A stretch of 26,810 nt of DNA, taken from Pseudomonadota bacterium (lineage in GTDB: Bacteria; Pseudomonadota; Alphaproteobacteria; Sphingomonadales; CAKZYD01). The number at the start of each line of letters is the position of its first letter. The stretch's first letter is position 1. A program made the position numbers and the translations under genes. Positions 1 to 8,574 of this stretch are shown one piece after another. The notes beneath the pieces were generated by a model that saw nothing but the letters and a program-made list of their open reading frames with translations, searched no databases and had not been told where the DNA came from. The stretch is taken from positions 1-26,810 of the forward strand of contig JBCCDR010000001.1 in assembly GCA_039030675.1 (NCBI GenBank), given 5' to 3'.

Positions 1-50
1 GGTGGCGGAGGAGGCGGTGGGGGTGGCGGCGGCGGAGGTGGCGGAGGAGG
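1..50 (-). repeat. (CCN)n codon run encoding at least 17 consecutive prolines
   Basis: Minus strand reads cct cct ccg cca cct ccg ccg ccg cca ccc cca ccg cct cct ccg cca cc up to the window edge. Mixed third positions indicate a protein-level repeat. Confidence 0.9.
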
Positions 51-827
51 CGCCGCATCCTGCCGGTCGAAATAGAAGTTCAAAGATGCCAGCAAGCTGG
101 TTGCTTTGAAGTTATCGTCATTGTTTGCGCCAAACGCATTCACCGTTGTCGGGAAAATCCGCATGTGACGGAACTGGACACCGAAATCGATCGCCTCAGC
201 AATTTTACGGCGCACACCGGCCATGACTTGAATAGCCGGGCCGCTGGAATTGTCATCAAGCACGTTGCCTGCAACAACCCGCAAATCCCGGTTAGAGATG
301 AAGCCCCAACCAGCGCCAGCGCCAATAAACGGCGTCCAAGCGCTGTCTGACTCAATGTCGACAATACCGTTAATCATTGTCGTGATCGCGCGGCGATTGC
401 CTTGGGCGTTTTGTGTGCCCGTCAGCGGAATGGTCGTCCCACCAACCTCAGCGGAGGTGATTAAATCAGTATCACCTTCACCGCCCTCACCGTCACCCAT
501 CATGGGCGGTGCAGGCACAAAGGTACCGAGCGCCATGGAGGCAGTGCCGCCTGGGATTAAGGTGATGTCATCAACGGACTGATTGTAAAAGGATGTTTCA
601 AACTCCACGCGGAATTTACCGTAGTCATAGCCAATGGCAGCGCCTACAGCACCGGCGAGACCGCCGTCCACTTCAAACGAATCAGGGCCGCCATCAGGCC
701 CATAAGTCTCATCGCCAACAATAGATGGGCCGCCGAAAAGTGAGCCGTAAAGCCCATCTTCTTGTGCAACCGCAGGAGATGACAGCGTGGTGCTCCCCAG
801 CAGCGCAGCGAGTGCAATCTTCCGCAT
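1..827 (-). CDS. Outer-membrane beta-barrel protein, probably OmpA family (partial; runs off the left edge, so absent from the ORF track)
   Basis: Translated by hand from ATG at 827, with RBS-like AAGGGAAGG upstream. MRKIALAALLGSTTLSSPAVA is a signal peptide. GAAIGYDYGKFRVEFE, WTPFIGAGAGWG and LLASLNFYF are 8-stranded barrel-type strands, followed by a poly-Pro linker. A C-terminal OmpA domain is inferred, not seen. Confidence 0.8.
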   Translation of the reverse strand, partial: MRKIALAALLGSTTLSSPAVAQEDGLYGSLFGGPSIVGDETYGPDGGPDSFEVDGGLAGAVGAAIGYDYGKFRVEFETSFYNQSVDDITLIPGGTASMALGTFVPAPPMMGDGEGGEGDTDLITSAEVGGTTIPLTGTQNAQGNRRAITTMINGIVDIESDSAWTPFIGAGAGWGFISNRDLRVVAGNVLDDNSSGPAIQVMAGVRRKIAEAIDFGVQFRHMRIFPTTVNAFGANNDDNFKATSLLASLNFYFDRQDAAPPPPPPPPPPPPPPPP

Positions 828-930
828 GAACCTTCCCTTTTTTACTTCCCTGGTTTTTGAACCATACCAGTCTATGGCTCACAGACATGGCAAACAAGCG
901 ACATTTACGCAGCGTTCACCGCTCCTTCGC

Positions 931-959
931 CTAGTATTGTCTTGGTGTGGCGGCGTCAA
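931..959 (-). promoter_or_regulatory. Candidate sigma70 promoter of the OMP gene
   Basis: TTGACG (959-954), 17-nt spacer, TACTAG (936-931), about 100 nt upstream of the ATG at 827. Confidence 0.45.
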
Positions 960-994
960 ATAAAACCGCGCTAATACTGGAAAAAAACACGTTA

Positions 995-1492
995 TTATGT
1001 TGCTATTAGACCATGTGCCTCCAGCGCAGAGAGGATGGCGCTTATGGCCGTGCGCGCCTCTGTATCGGTTGTGCTGCCACCGGTTGGTGCTGCGATAGCT
1101 GATTGCTGAGCGCCAAGAACTTGAATGCCGTCGACTTTAAAATGGCTGGCATTGACCGACCCAATGACCCAACTTCCGGCTGAGTAGCTAACCGTTTTTG
1201 CATAGAATTTAAGCCACACAGTCAGCCCATCAAAAGGCGCTAAGAACACCCAGGCTGCGTTGATGCGCATGGCCAGATGATCGTCATAGCCGCTCCAATC
1301 GCCTGTTGCGCTGGTCCCCACGATATAGCTGGTCCCATCAACCGGACTGGCCGGCGGGGCCGCACTTGGTACGGCTTCGATGACGGGCTGAACAAAATGA
1401 TCCAGCAGCGCCAGCGCTTCATTATGGGTGATCTCTTTTTGAGCTTGCGCGGCCTCTAAAAGCGGCAAGAGCAAACGCGGTGTCGATGTCAT
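995..1492 (-). CDS. DUF2793 domain protein (GTA-associated tail-fibre-like/accessory protein)
   Basis: TPRLLLPLLEAAQAQKEITHNEAL..LD N-terminal signature, GDWSGYDDHLA and DTEARTAISAILSALEAHGLI C-terminus. RBS AAGGA. Confidence 0.85.
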   Translation of the reverse strand: MTSTPRLLLPLLEAAQAQKEITHNEALALLDHFVQPVIEAVPSAAPPASPVDGTSYIVGTSATGDWSGYDDHLAMRINAAWVFLAPFDGLTVWLKFYAKTVSYSAGSWVIGSVNASHFKVDGIQVLGAQQSAIAAPTGGSTTDTEARTAISAILSALEAHGLIAT

Positions 1493-1503
1493 GGCAGGTC
1501 CTT

Positions 1504-3768
1504 TTAGGCGGGAATGGCCACAGACGCAGCAGCCGGGTCGCCAGGACCGAGCGTGTCGCTGAGCTGTGAAATAGTGATGTCGAGCGTGTAGGGCCCAGCG
1601 CCAAAGGCAGCAGAGAGCTCGGCTGGCGACAGTTGGTCACTGGGCGTTGTGACATCGCGGCTTATGCTGTTGGCACCCGACGCATAAGTCACCCTGTAGC
1701 CTTCGCTCGTTTCATCGAGGGACGCATCAACGCCATCAAGCCAGCCATAGCCGCTGCGCGAGCGGCGCACCCAGCTGAGCGACAGGCCTGCTGAGGCATC
1801 ATAAGCCGCTTTGACATGGACAGGCGCGAGGGGTCGGAGCGCACGGCCTTCAAAAACATGCGTTTGCGCAGCGACATCCGTCAGGCTTTGTCCGGGCGGA
1901 ACAATCTTGTAGGTCACCGACGTTCCCAGGTCGGATACACCGAAGCTGCGCTTGCCTAGGTCACCGCTTTGCAGAAGCGTAAAGGGCTGGCCCGCTGCCG
2001 TGCCCATGAGCGTGTTTTCCGTACCGCCCCGGCCGCGCAGCAAGCCGGTGAGGAGGTAAGTGCCCGTTTCGGTTTGGGATGCATTTTCAAACTGGATAAG
2101 CTCTGTCCCCACCATAGCGAGGTTTGCGCCATTCAGAATGGCGAGCCAAGGACGGCTGAAGAGCTCCATATCCGCGTGGTCCAGCGCGACTTCGAGCGTT
2201 GAGGCCCGGTCAATCAGGCTTGGCATACGGTCGGGCAGACCCGTCACACATATGCCATGAACGCCGGACACCGGCAGCGTGGCAGCCAGCGCATAGTCCA
2301 CGCCGCCATCCACAGAGATGTACAGCCCCGCAGAGGAAATGCGTCCACCCAGGCGGGCGCAGCTGGCATAGACGGCTGGCGCATTGCCAAACTGCCGGGT
2401 GGCCGGCAGCTCAAAAACGCGCGCGGCAAGTGTGGGTGTGCCCACACTTTGCGCATAGGCCGCCTGGCCAGACGTAGCGGGGAAGTTGGAGTAGGCCGCG
2501 CTATCCTGCTCAGGCAGCGCCGCAGCACTGATGGTGCGGACCAGGCCTTCCTCAACCACCTGGTCAATCTGAAAGGAGAGCGGCATGGGCAAATCGCCGC
2601 TGATGGAAATGACATCGCCAGGCTCTAGGCGCGCACCAGGCAGGCCAATACGAAACTGGATGGAGGCGCGTTGGTGGCGCGTGCGCGTGAGCATCTTGGT
2701 GACCAAAGCGCGGGCATCACCGGTCTCAAGCACCAACGCGCTGTTGAGGCGCTGGGCCGAAAGCGTGCCAGACACCCCAGCGCTTTGCGCGCGCTGCAGG
2801 CCATCTTGGTAATCACTGGCCGGGTCTGCATAGCCCAGGCCCATTTCTTCAGGCACATCGGCCGCATGGTCATAGTCCATGGAGAAGTGCTCGGCCGGCC
2901 CGCTCGACACCTCGACGCCAAGGGACCCCGTATCAAAGCTCGCCACCGCACTCGCTGAGGGCGGCGAAACAATGGCGCCGGCTGATGTAGCCAGCACCTT
3001 CAAGTCAAACACATCAAGCAGCTCATTCAGGCCATCGCGCAAGCTTTGGCCGCCGCTGACGCTATAACCTGTCACGGTGTCAGCGCTGCCTTGCGCCGTT
3101 GCAGGCAGCCCGGCTCTTTCAAGCAAGTCTGCAGCCACTGTTGTACAGGCGGGGCTGCTGTCCGAAGCAGCGTGCGTGAAAACTTCAAAGCTGAGATTTG
3201 GAATGCGGTTGCCAAATTCGGCAAGTTCCAGGCTTTCAAACACACAATAGGCTGTGCCCCGGAAGGCTGGCGTTTGACCGAGCCCAATATCCCCTTCCAA
3301 GAGCGTATCAGGCGCCTGGTCCTCATCGCCGAGATAGGCGCGCATGGTGCCGCCCACTGCCAAGGAGCCGCCCACATCGCGAATCAATTTGCCATCCGCC
3401 CACACGCGGCCCACGTCATGGATGGGCCCAGCGCACAGCCCCACGGCGAAAGATGCGCTATAGCTGTAGGTCACATTGGTGACCGATGGACCGCCTTTGC
3501 CGCCCTGGCTTTCCTCTTCGCGTTTTTCGACGAGACCTGTGGACCAGAGCACGTTGCCAGCATAGCGCCCTGCCCCATAGACAAGCGGGATAGGCCGTCC
3601 AAAGGCAGCCGATTGCACGGACAAATCATCCTTGCGCGGGCCCTCCACGCGGCGATTGCCGATGCCAAAGACTTGGCTGTCTATGGTGCGCCCCGCAATG
3701 GCGCCAAGCATGCCGCCAAAAGGCCCGGCGACTGCCGTGCCGACAGCGCTCAAAACAAGAGTTGCCAT
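1504..3768 (-). CDS. GTA g15-like baseplate/host-specificity ('megatron') protein, short form (754 aa)
   Basis: MATLVLSAVGTAVAGPFGGMLGAIAGRTID, VEGPR..DL.VQS, GRPIPLVYG, IGRVWADGKLIR-like, TPAFRGTAYCVFE.L.L.EFGNRIPNLSFEV, LLRGRGGTE and LSWVRRSR motifs. RBS AGGA. Confidence 0.9.
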   Translation of the reverse strand: MATLVLSAVGTAVAGPFGGMLGAIAGRTIDSQVFGIGNRRVEGPRKDDLSVQSAAFGRPIPLVYGAGRYAGNVLWSTGLVEKREEESQGGKGGPSVTNVTYSYSASFAVGLCAGPIHDVGRVWADGKLIRDVGGSLAVGGTMRAYLGDEDQAPDTLLEGDIGLGQTPAFRGTAYCVFESLELAEFGNRIPNLSFEVFTHAASDSSPACTTVAADLLERAGLPATAQGSADTVTGYSVSGGQSLRDGLNELLDVFDLKVLATSAGAIVSPPSASAVASFDTGSLGVEVSSGPAEHFSMDYDHAADVPEEMGLGYADPASDYQDGLQRAQSAGVSGTLSAQRLNSALVLETGDARALVTKMLTRTRHQRASIQFRIGLPGARLEPGDVISISGDLPMPLSFQIDQVVEEGLVRTISAAALPEQDSAAYSNFPATSGQAAYAQSVGTPTLAARVFELPATRQFGNAPAVYASCARLGGRISSAGLYISVDGGVDYALAATLPVSGVHGICVTGLPDRMPSLIDRASTLEVALDHADMELFSRPWLAILNGANLAMVGTELIQFENASQTETGTYLLTGLLRGRGGTENTLMGTAAGQPFTLLQSGDLGKRSFGVSDLGTSVTYKIVPPGQSLTDVAAQTHVFEGRALRPLAPVHVKAAYDASAGLSLSWVRRSRSGYGWLDGVDASLDETSEGYRVTYASGANSISRDVTTPSDQLSPAELSAAFGAGPYTLDITISQLSDTLGPGDPAAASVAIPA

Positions 3769-3775
3769 GCTGCTG

Positions 3776-4186
3776 CTATCCTAGGTGTTGGGGGAAGGCG
3801 TAAATGTGGCTCAGATGGCCTGGCCACGGCGCGCGCCAGCCATGCTCAATGACCTTGCGCGCTGGGGCATAGGCATGAATAAGCCCAGCGCCTGTGAAGA
3901 GGCCCACGTGCTGCGGGCCGGCGCCAAAATCAAAAACGCCGATACGGCCGGGGGCAACCTGTGTACGCAGGGCCATGGCATTGGCGGCCACGTACTGCTG
4001 AAAATCGGCCTGGTTTGGCTGGCGCGAATAGGCGCGTTGGTCAGCCATGGTAATACCGGCGGCTTGAGCGGCAACCACAATCAGCCCCAGGCAATCTAGG
4101 CCTCGGCCTGGCGTACGCCCTTGATGGCGGAAACGCGTTCCCAAACAAGACCGCGCCGCCGCAATCATCGTATCAGCGTTAGGCAA
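3776..4186 (-). CDS. NlpC/P60 family cell-wall peptidase (GTA g14-like)
   Basis: ARSCLGTRFRHQGR..GRGLDCLGLI contains the catalytic Cys, and QHVGLFTGAGLIHAY the His. The start was reassigned from the track's 4291 to TTG 4186, which overlaps the upstream stop; ATG 4168 is an alternative. Confidence 0.9.
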   Translation of the reverse strand: MPNADTMIAAARSCLGTRFRHQGRTPGRGLDCLGLIVVAAQAAGITMADQRAYSRQPNQADFQQYVAANAMALRTQVAPGRIGVFDFGAGPQHVGLFTGAGLIHAYAPARKVIEHGWRAPWPGHLSHIYAFPQHLG

Positions 4187-5021
4187 GGCCGGGATAAGCC
4201 AGCAGAGAATCAACGCCGGGAATATGCGGCTCGCCGCGATAATTCTCAGCATTGTTAAAGCGCGCGCTGCATGTCTCCAGCCGCCGGTCACACCCAGCCG
4301 TTAGCCGCACAGGCATGGGCAAAGTGATGGGCACAGCAGGGGCATCGGCCAGCGTGATGGTCGTGCCCGTATGGGCGAGAATGACGGTGTCTAGCCCAAC
4401 CAATGGCCCGCCCATCCAGCGCAGCGTCCCAAAGCGAAAGGTGTCATCGCTTTGACTTCCGTCTGACAGCGTGAATTGAAGCGGGCTGGTTTGCGCGACC
4501 ACCTCCATGCGGTGCGTATGCAGGCTTAAGTCGACGCGGCAGCGGGCATCGCCGAGCTTGGCCCGGCAATCCGGCGTGTATTGCTCGCACGCGCGCTCTT
4601 GCAGGCGATGCTTAAGGCCCCGCAGCTCGGCTTGAAAAGAGGTATCCCGGCGCGTCACCCGCCCAATCATACCGACCGCTAGAGGCTGTGTGCCCATGCT
4701 GAGGTCAGCCCAATTCACTCGGAAAATGCTCAGCCGGGCATTATCATAGCGACCGATGGCAAGGTCATCTTGCGTGAGCGCATCGCTGGTGAATGCGCCG
4801 CTGATATCCAGATTGTCCACCGCCGCCGTTGCGGTGCGTTCAATGGAGGAAACATCAAAACCAGGGGCAGGCTGATAGAGCAAGCCGCCTAGCATCAGAG
4901 GCGTGTCATGCTGGGTAAAGCCAAGCGACACACCGTCGACCCGGTCGAGCCGCCAGCACAGCGCCAAGGTGGTGTTGACCTCAGCATAATGCGCGTCAAG
5001 CGCAGGTGAGAGCGTTTGCAT
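4179..5021 (-). CDS. DUF2163 / BR0599-family baseplate hub protein (GTA g13-like)
   Basis: TTLALCWRLDRVDGVSLGFTQHDTPL, C.AKLGDARCRVDL and LTAGCDRRLETCSARFNNAENYRGEPHIPG motifs. Confidence 0.9.
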   Translation of the reverse strand: MQTLSPALDAHYAEVNTTLALCWRLDRVDGVSLGFTQHDTPLMLGGLLYQPAPGFDVSSIERTATAAVDNLDISGAFTSDALTQDDLAIGRYDNARLSIFRVNWADLSMGTQPLAVGMIGRVTRRDTSFQAELRGLKHRLQERACEQYTPDCRAKLGDARCRVDLSLHTHRMEVVAQTSPLQFTLSDGSQSDDTFRFGTLRWMGGPLVGLDTVILAHTGTTITLADAPAVPITLPMPVRLTAGCDRRLETCSARFNNAENYRGEPHIPGVDSLLAYPGLA

Positions 5022-5029
5022 CTGAGTGC

Positions 5030-7378
5030 TTAAATCCGGTCGTCAGGGATTTCGATGAGCGCGATGGCAGGGATTTCGCCGGCTTCAAAGCGGGCGAGGG
5101 ACACATCAAGGCTATCGCTTTCAAAGCGCACGGGGACATCGAATTGAAAGCCAGCGGTGATGGCCGCTCCAGCGGCCGGCGCGGTATCAAACAACACAAC
5201 GCCCGTCGCGCCATTCACGCTCCATCCGCTGGTTTGCTCGACACCGTTCACAGCGATTTTCACAGTGGAGACAATGGGCCGCGTGATGCGCCGGGCGCCT
5301 GAAGCCTCATACTGCTTTGTCAGTTTGAATTCAGCGGTTTGGCCGTCTCCAGTGCCAAGCGCTTCATCCGTGGCCGTGACCGCGCTGCCGTCTGCTGCCG
5401 TGCTGTTGTCAAAACAATCACGGAAGCGGAAGCCGTGGGCAGCGCCTTTGCGGGCATGGAAAAAGCTGATGAGGGCCTTGACGTCAGCGATGGAGCGCAG
5501 CCCCGCGCCCACTTCAAACGCCATTTTCGGATAGGCCCACAGGCTGTTGCGCTGTTCAGCGCCAGAGGCTGTGGTGGTCACTTGGGTCGAATAGACCGGT
5601 CGGGTAACGGCGCCGTAGCTAATATCAAGGGGGAAGACAACGTCGTGAAACGCCATGGGGTCTGCATCTCCTAATTGGAAAGTGGTGTAGCCATCACGCT
5701 GGATTTGCGGGCTGGCCCAGAGGAACACCTCGGTATAGCCGCGCGCCAAGCCGTCTTGCGCAGCGCGGTCGATGGACTGCCAAAGGTCGGTGTCCGTGGG
5801 CGAGAGAACAAACCCAGAGAAATAGTGGGAATCAGCAGGGCCATAGCCAAGATTTTGCACCACGGCGCTCAGGGCTGCCGCGCGCTGCGCCCATTCCCCG
5901 TGGGTCACGAAATCATAGTCTTCCACTTGGAATACGTCATAAGCGGGATAAGCCCAGGCGGCCGGCATATTCACATGCGCCATCAGCGGCGCACTGCCCG
6001 AAAGCACTTGCGGCGTGAAGAATAGCAGCATCTGCTGCGCGGCCGGGAACTGCGCAGAAACCGCATCGCGCAGGGCTAAAGTGGCCGTGCCCAGCTTTTC
6101 TTCCAGCCAGTCTAGATAGACCTGTTGGGCCGCATCAGGTGTTTCTAAAACACTTTGATGGCGCGTTGGGACGGGCAAGCTTGTCTCCGCCGTAAACGCC
6201 GCCATGGTCGCATCATCATAAAAGCACGGCTCTCCGCCCCCGCTGATTTGATACCACCACCACGGCTCGCCGCATTGAAAGTCAAAGGGTGCGCTCGCGT
6301 CTTGCGCGATTTGGCAGAACGCGATGGCGACCTCCTGCAAATACGTCATGGCCGCGCTGTTGCAGGGCGACAGCAGGCTGGAAGGTGGCACCCAGCCTGT
6401 TTGCGCTGCGCTGCTATCATGGGCGCGCTGCTTCCAAGCGGCGGGGCAATTGGCATCAAACAGCTCAAAAGACAGAGACAAAATAAGCCGCATTTTGCGC
6501 AAAGCAGCGGCCTCACACAGGGCTTTGTGCCAGGCTTTTGTGGGCGCATTAAGTCTGTCGCTGACCGCCAGATTTGGCAGATAGAGACTTTCTGACGCGT
6601 CCCACGCCAAGGTGGGATAATGGCTCATGCCCACATAGTGATTAAGCCAATCACGATAGCCCAGCGCTTCTAAATTGCCCACAATGCGCTCAGGCACTTG
6701 GTTGAACTGGTCATCATAAGCCGTCGCAGCACGCATCGCATGCGGCGGTACCACCGTATCTCCGATTGACAGAACACTGCCAGAGCCGCTGGCCTTAATC
6801 TGGGTGATCTCCACCCAAGCGTCGACGGGCGCGCTCAGCGGGCCTGTGGTCGTACCGTCATAGGCCTGCGGCACCAGCGAGATGAAGGCCCGGTCGATAT
6901 CACCCGGCGGCACATCTTCAGGCGCATCCTCCAGATTGTAGCCTGCCTGGATGGCGTTGAAATCAAGCGTGATGATGGCATCGTCGGGCGCGCCGGTTGC
7001 ATAGTTCCAAAGCCTGACAAACCACGAACGTGCCACGCCGTTTTCATCACGGCCTTCTAAGGTAAGTGTCGGACCATTGAGCACGTCCAAGGTGCGAATG
7101 CCCGACGACCGCCAACGGAAGGTGAGCTGGCAATTGGCATAGTCTGTCTTGGTTTCATAGCGCAGCAGCGGGTGGTCGAGCGTATCTTCGCTGTCCCAAA
7201 TAAGACCCGCCAAGTCTTCATAGCGTTGAAAACTCAGGTCAACGCGCAAAGCATCGGGCGCGGTATTGACCACGCTGGCCATCATGGGCCGCGGGAAGTT
7301 GACGGTCCAATAGCGCGGGTCAAAGCGTTTGACCACGCTGCGGCGCAAGGCGGCATCGCCCTGGGCAAGATAATACAT
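5030..7378 (-). CDS. DUF2460 distal-tail protein (GTA g12-like) with a ~570-aa N-terminal extension (beta-rich domain plus TIM-barrel/glycoside-hydrolase-like domain)
   Basis: The C-terminal ~208 aa (MAFHDVVFPLDISYG...EQRNSLWA...GFRFRD..D...AGFQFDVPVRF) is DUF2460. The N-terminus (KRFDPRYWTVNFPRPMMASVV, HYVGMSHY, FQCGEPWWW, DVFQVEDYDFV) matches the long form I recall from sphingomonad GTA clusters. Confidence 0.88.
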   Translation of the reverse strand: MYYLAQGDAALRRSVVKRFDPRYWTVNFPRPMMASVVNTAPDALRVDLSFQRYEDLAGLIWDSEDTLDHPLLRYETKTDYANCQLTFRWRSSGIRTLDVLNGPTLTLEGRDENGVARSWFVRLWNYATGAPDDAIITLDFNAIQAGYNLEDAPEDVPPGDIDRAFISLVPQAYDGTTTGPLSAPVDAWVEITQIKASGSGSVLSIGDTVVPPHAMRAATAYDDQFNQVPERIVGNLEALGYRDWLNHYVGMSHYPTLAWDASESLYLPNLAVSDRLNAPTKAWHKALCEAAALRKMRLILSLSFELFDANCPAAWKQRAHDSSAAQTGWVPPSSLLSPCNSAAMTYLQEVAIAFCQIAQDASAPFDFQCGEPWWWYQISGGGEPCFYDDATMAAFTAETSLPVPTRHQSVLETPDAAQQVYLDWLEEKLGTATLALRDAVSAQFPAAQQMLLFFTPQVLSGSAPLMAHVNMPAAWAYPAYDVFQVEDYDFVTHGEWAQRAAALSAVVQNLGYGPADSHYFSGFVLSPTDTDLWQSIDRAAQDGLARGYTEVFLWASPQIQRDGYTTFQLGDADPMAFHDVVFPLDISYGAVTRPVYSTQVTTTASGAEQRNSLWAYPKMAFEVGAGLRSIADVKALISFFHARKGAAHGFRFRDCFDNSTAADGSAVTATDEALGTGDGQTAEFKLTKQYEASGARRITRPIVSTVKIAVNGVEQTSGWSVNGATGVVLFDTAPAAGAAITAGFQFDVPVRFESDSLDVSLARFEAGEIPAIALIEIPDDRI
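5654..5673 (-). promoter_or_regulatory. Candidate internal RBS plus in-frame ATG at the start of the DUF2460 domain
   Basis: Minus strand TAGGAG-atgcagacccc-ATG(5656). The ATG is Met575, exactly where the DUF2460 domain begins. Confidence 0.4.
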
Positions 7379-7405
7379 TGAAAGAAGCGTGTCCTAGAAG
7401 AGCAA

Positions 7406-8029
7406 CTAGCCGTTGCGCTGCGCCCGGGCGACCGCGCGGCTGACTTGGCTGGCTATCTGGCTGGCAGATGCCCGCATGGCAGGCTCAGAGCCGCCGCCAT
7501 GCATGTTAATGGTTATGTTCAGCGGTGCGCCTGCTTGCGTTTGGCTTTGCGGCACAATCTGGCCAGGCATCTGCGGCACAAACAACTCAGGGCCGCTCTC
7601 GCCAATCAAATAGGGCCGCCCTGCGCTCACGGGCCCACCTTGCGCACGCGGGGCAAAGGAGGTGAGCACGCCTTGCAGGAAACCACCAAACAACCCTCCA
7701 CCGCTGGACCCGCCGAAGATACTATCGAGCCCAGCAGAGATGGCTTGGTTATAAATATCGTCCAGCGCGCTGACAGCGACGCTCTTCAAGTCATTGAAAG
7801 AGAATTTGCCAGTGCGCGCAAAGCGTTCAAAAGCCGAACCCATTTTGTCGGCAAGCTGGTCTGTCCCGCTTGCGAGAATGGCGTTGAACTGCGCCGCATC
7901 TTTGCCCACGGAGGCGAGAGAGGCGCCTACTGTCTTAACGCCGGTATCAAGCTTATGAACAGCACCGGTCGCCTGCTCTGCCTCCGTGCGAACGGAAGAC
8001 AGACCAGCTTCATCATCGAAGCGTTCCAC
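7406..8029 (-). CDS. Short tail tape measure protein (GTA g11-like)
   Basis: 207 aa with AFERFARTGKFSFNDLKSVA, RAQGGPVSAGRPYLIGESGPELFVP and SASQIASQVSRAVAR. GTG start with RBS AGGA. Confidence 0.85.
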   Translation of the reverse strand: MERFDDEAGLSSVRTEAEQATGAVHKLDTGVKTVGASLASVGKDAAQFNAILASGTDQLADKMGSAFERFARTGKFSFNDLKSVAVSALDDIYNQAISAGLDSIFGGSSGGGLFGGFLQGVLTSFAPRAQGGPVSAGRPYLIGESGPELFVPQMPGQIVPQSQTQAGAPLNITINMHGGGSEPAMRASASQIASQVSRAVARAQRNG

Positions 8030-8060
8030 GATGTTTCCTAATGTCTAAGAGAGAGTCGGA

Positions 8061-8351
8061 TTAAAAGCGCAGCAGGCCGCGGTTGCCGCCGAGATAGGTG
8101 AGGACGCGGCCCGTCACAAACACAGCGCACAACACCACAAGCAGTTCAACGCGCAGCTCCACCGTGATACCTTGCGTATAATACACAATATAGCCGAGCA
8201 GGCCGAACACACTGAGCAGCTGCAGCGTCAGCCCAAAGAGCTTGAGGCTGTGGTTCTGCTTTTTCTTGCCGCCGGCCTTGTCGGGGTCGAGACCGCGTTT
8301 GCGCATCTCGACGCGTTCGCGCAGGCTGGGGCGCTCACTTTTGTTTGCCAT
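8061..8351 (-). CDS. Small two-TM membrane protein inserted between tail chaperone and tape measure (function unknown; holin or moron candidate)
   Basis: 96 aa: a very basic N-terminal ~37 aa, then two hydrophobic stretches (LFGLTLQLLSVFGLLGYIVYY; LLVVLCAVFVTGRVLTYLGG). It fills the gap between its neighbours in the operon orientation. Confidence 0.7.
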   Translation of the reverse strand: MANKSERPSLRERVEMRKRGLDPDKAGGKKKQNHSLKLFGLTLQLLSVFGLLGYIVYYTQGITVELRVELLVVLCAVFVTGRVLTYLGGNRGLLRF

Positions 8352-8382
8352 GTCTTTGTATGTGCGTGCCCGTTAGCGCAGT

Positions 8383-8574
8383 TCAAGAGTCAGGAAAGCG
8401 GCGCAATAGCGCAGCCAGGTCATCAGGGGTGCAAGCGCTGCTTTGCTGCGGGTCGCTAGAAGCGGCCACGAGCTCATTGGGCGTTGCAGCCCAGAAGTCG
8501 CTTGGGCGCCAGCCTAGCCGTTGCGCAGCAAAGGCTTGCAATTGCACAAAACCAATGAAGCGCTCAGCTGTCAC
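8383..8574 (-). CDS. Phage tail assembly chaperone (GTA g10.1-like)
   Basis: LGWRPSDFWAATPNEL and DLAALLRRFPD signature. GTG start overlapping the upstream gene. Confidence 0.8.
   Translation of the reverse strand: MTAERFIGFVQLQAFAAQRLGWRPSDFWAATPNELVAASSDPQQSSACTPDDLAALLRRFPDS

Noticed and set aside
975-1002. Terminator at the end of the GTA operon
   Set aside because: A T7 tract is present on the minus strand, but the preceding stem (AACAT/GTGTT) is only 5 AU-rich pairs, too weak to call.
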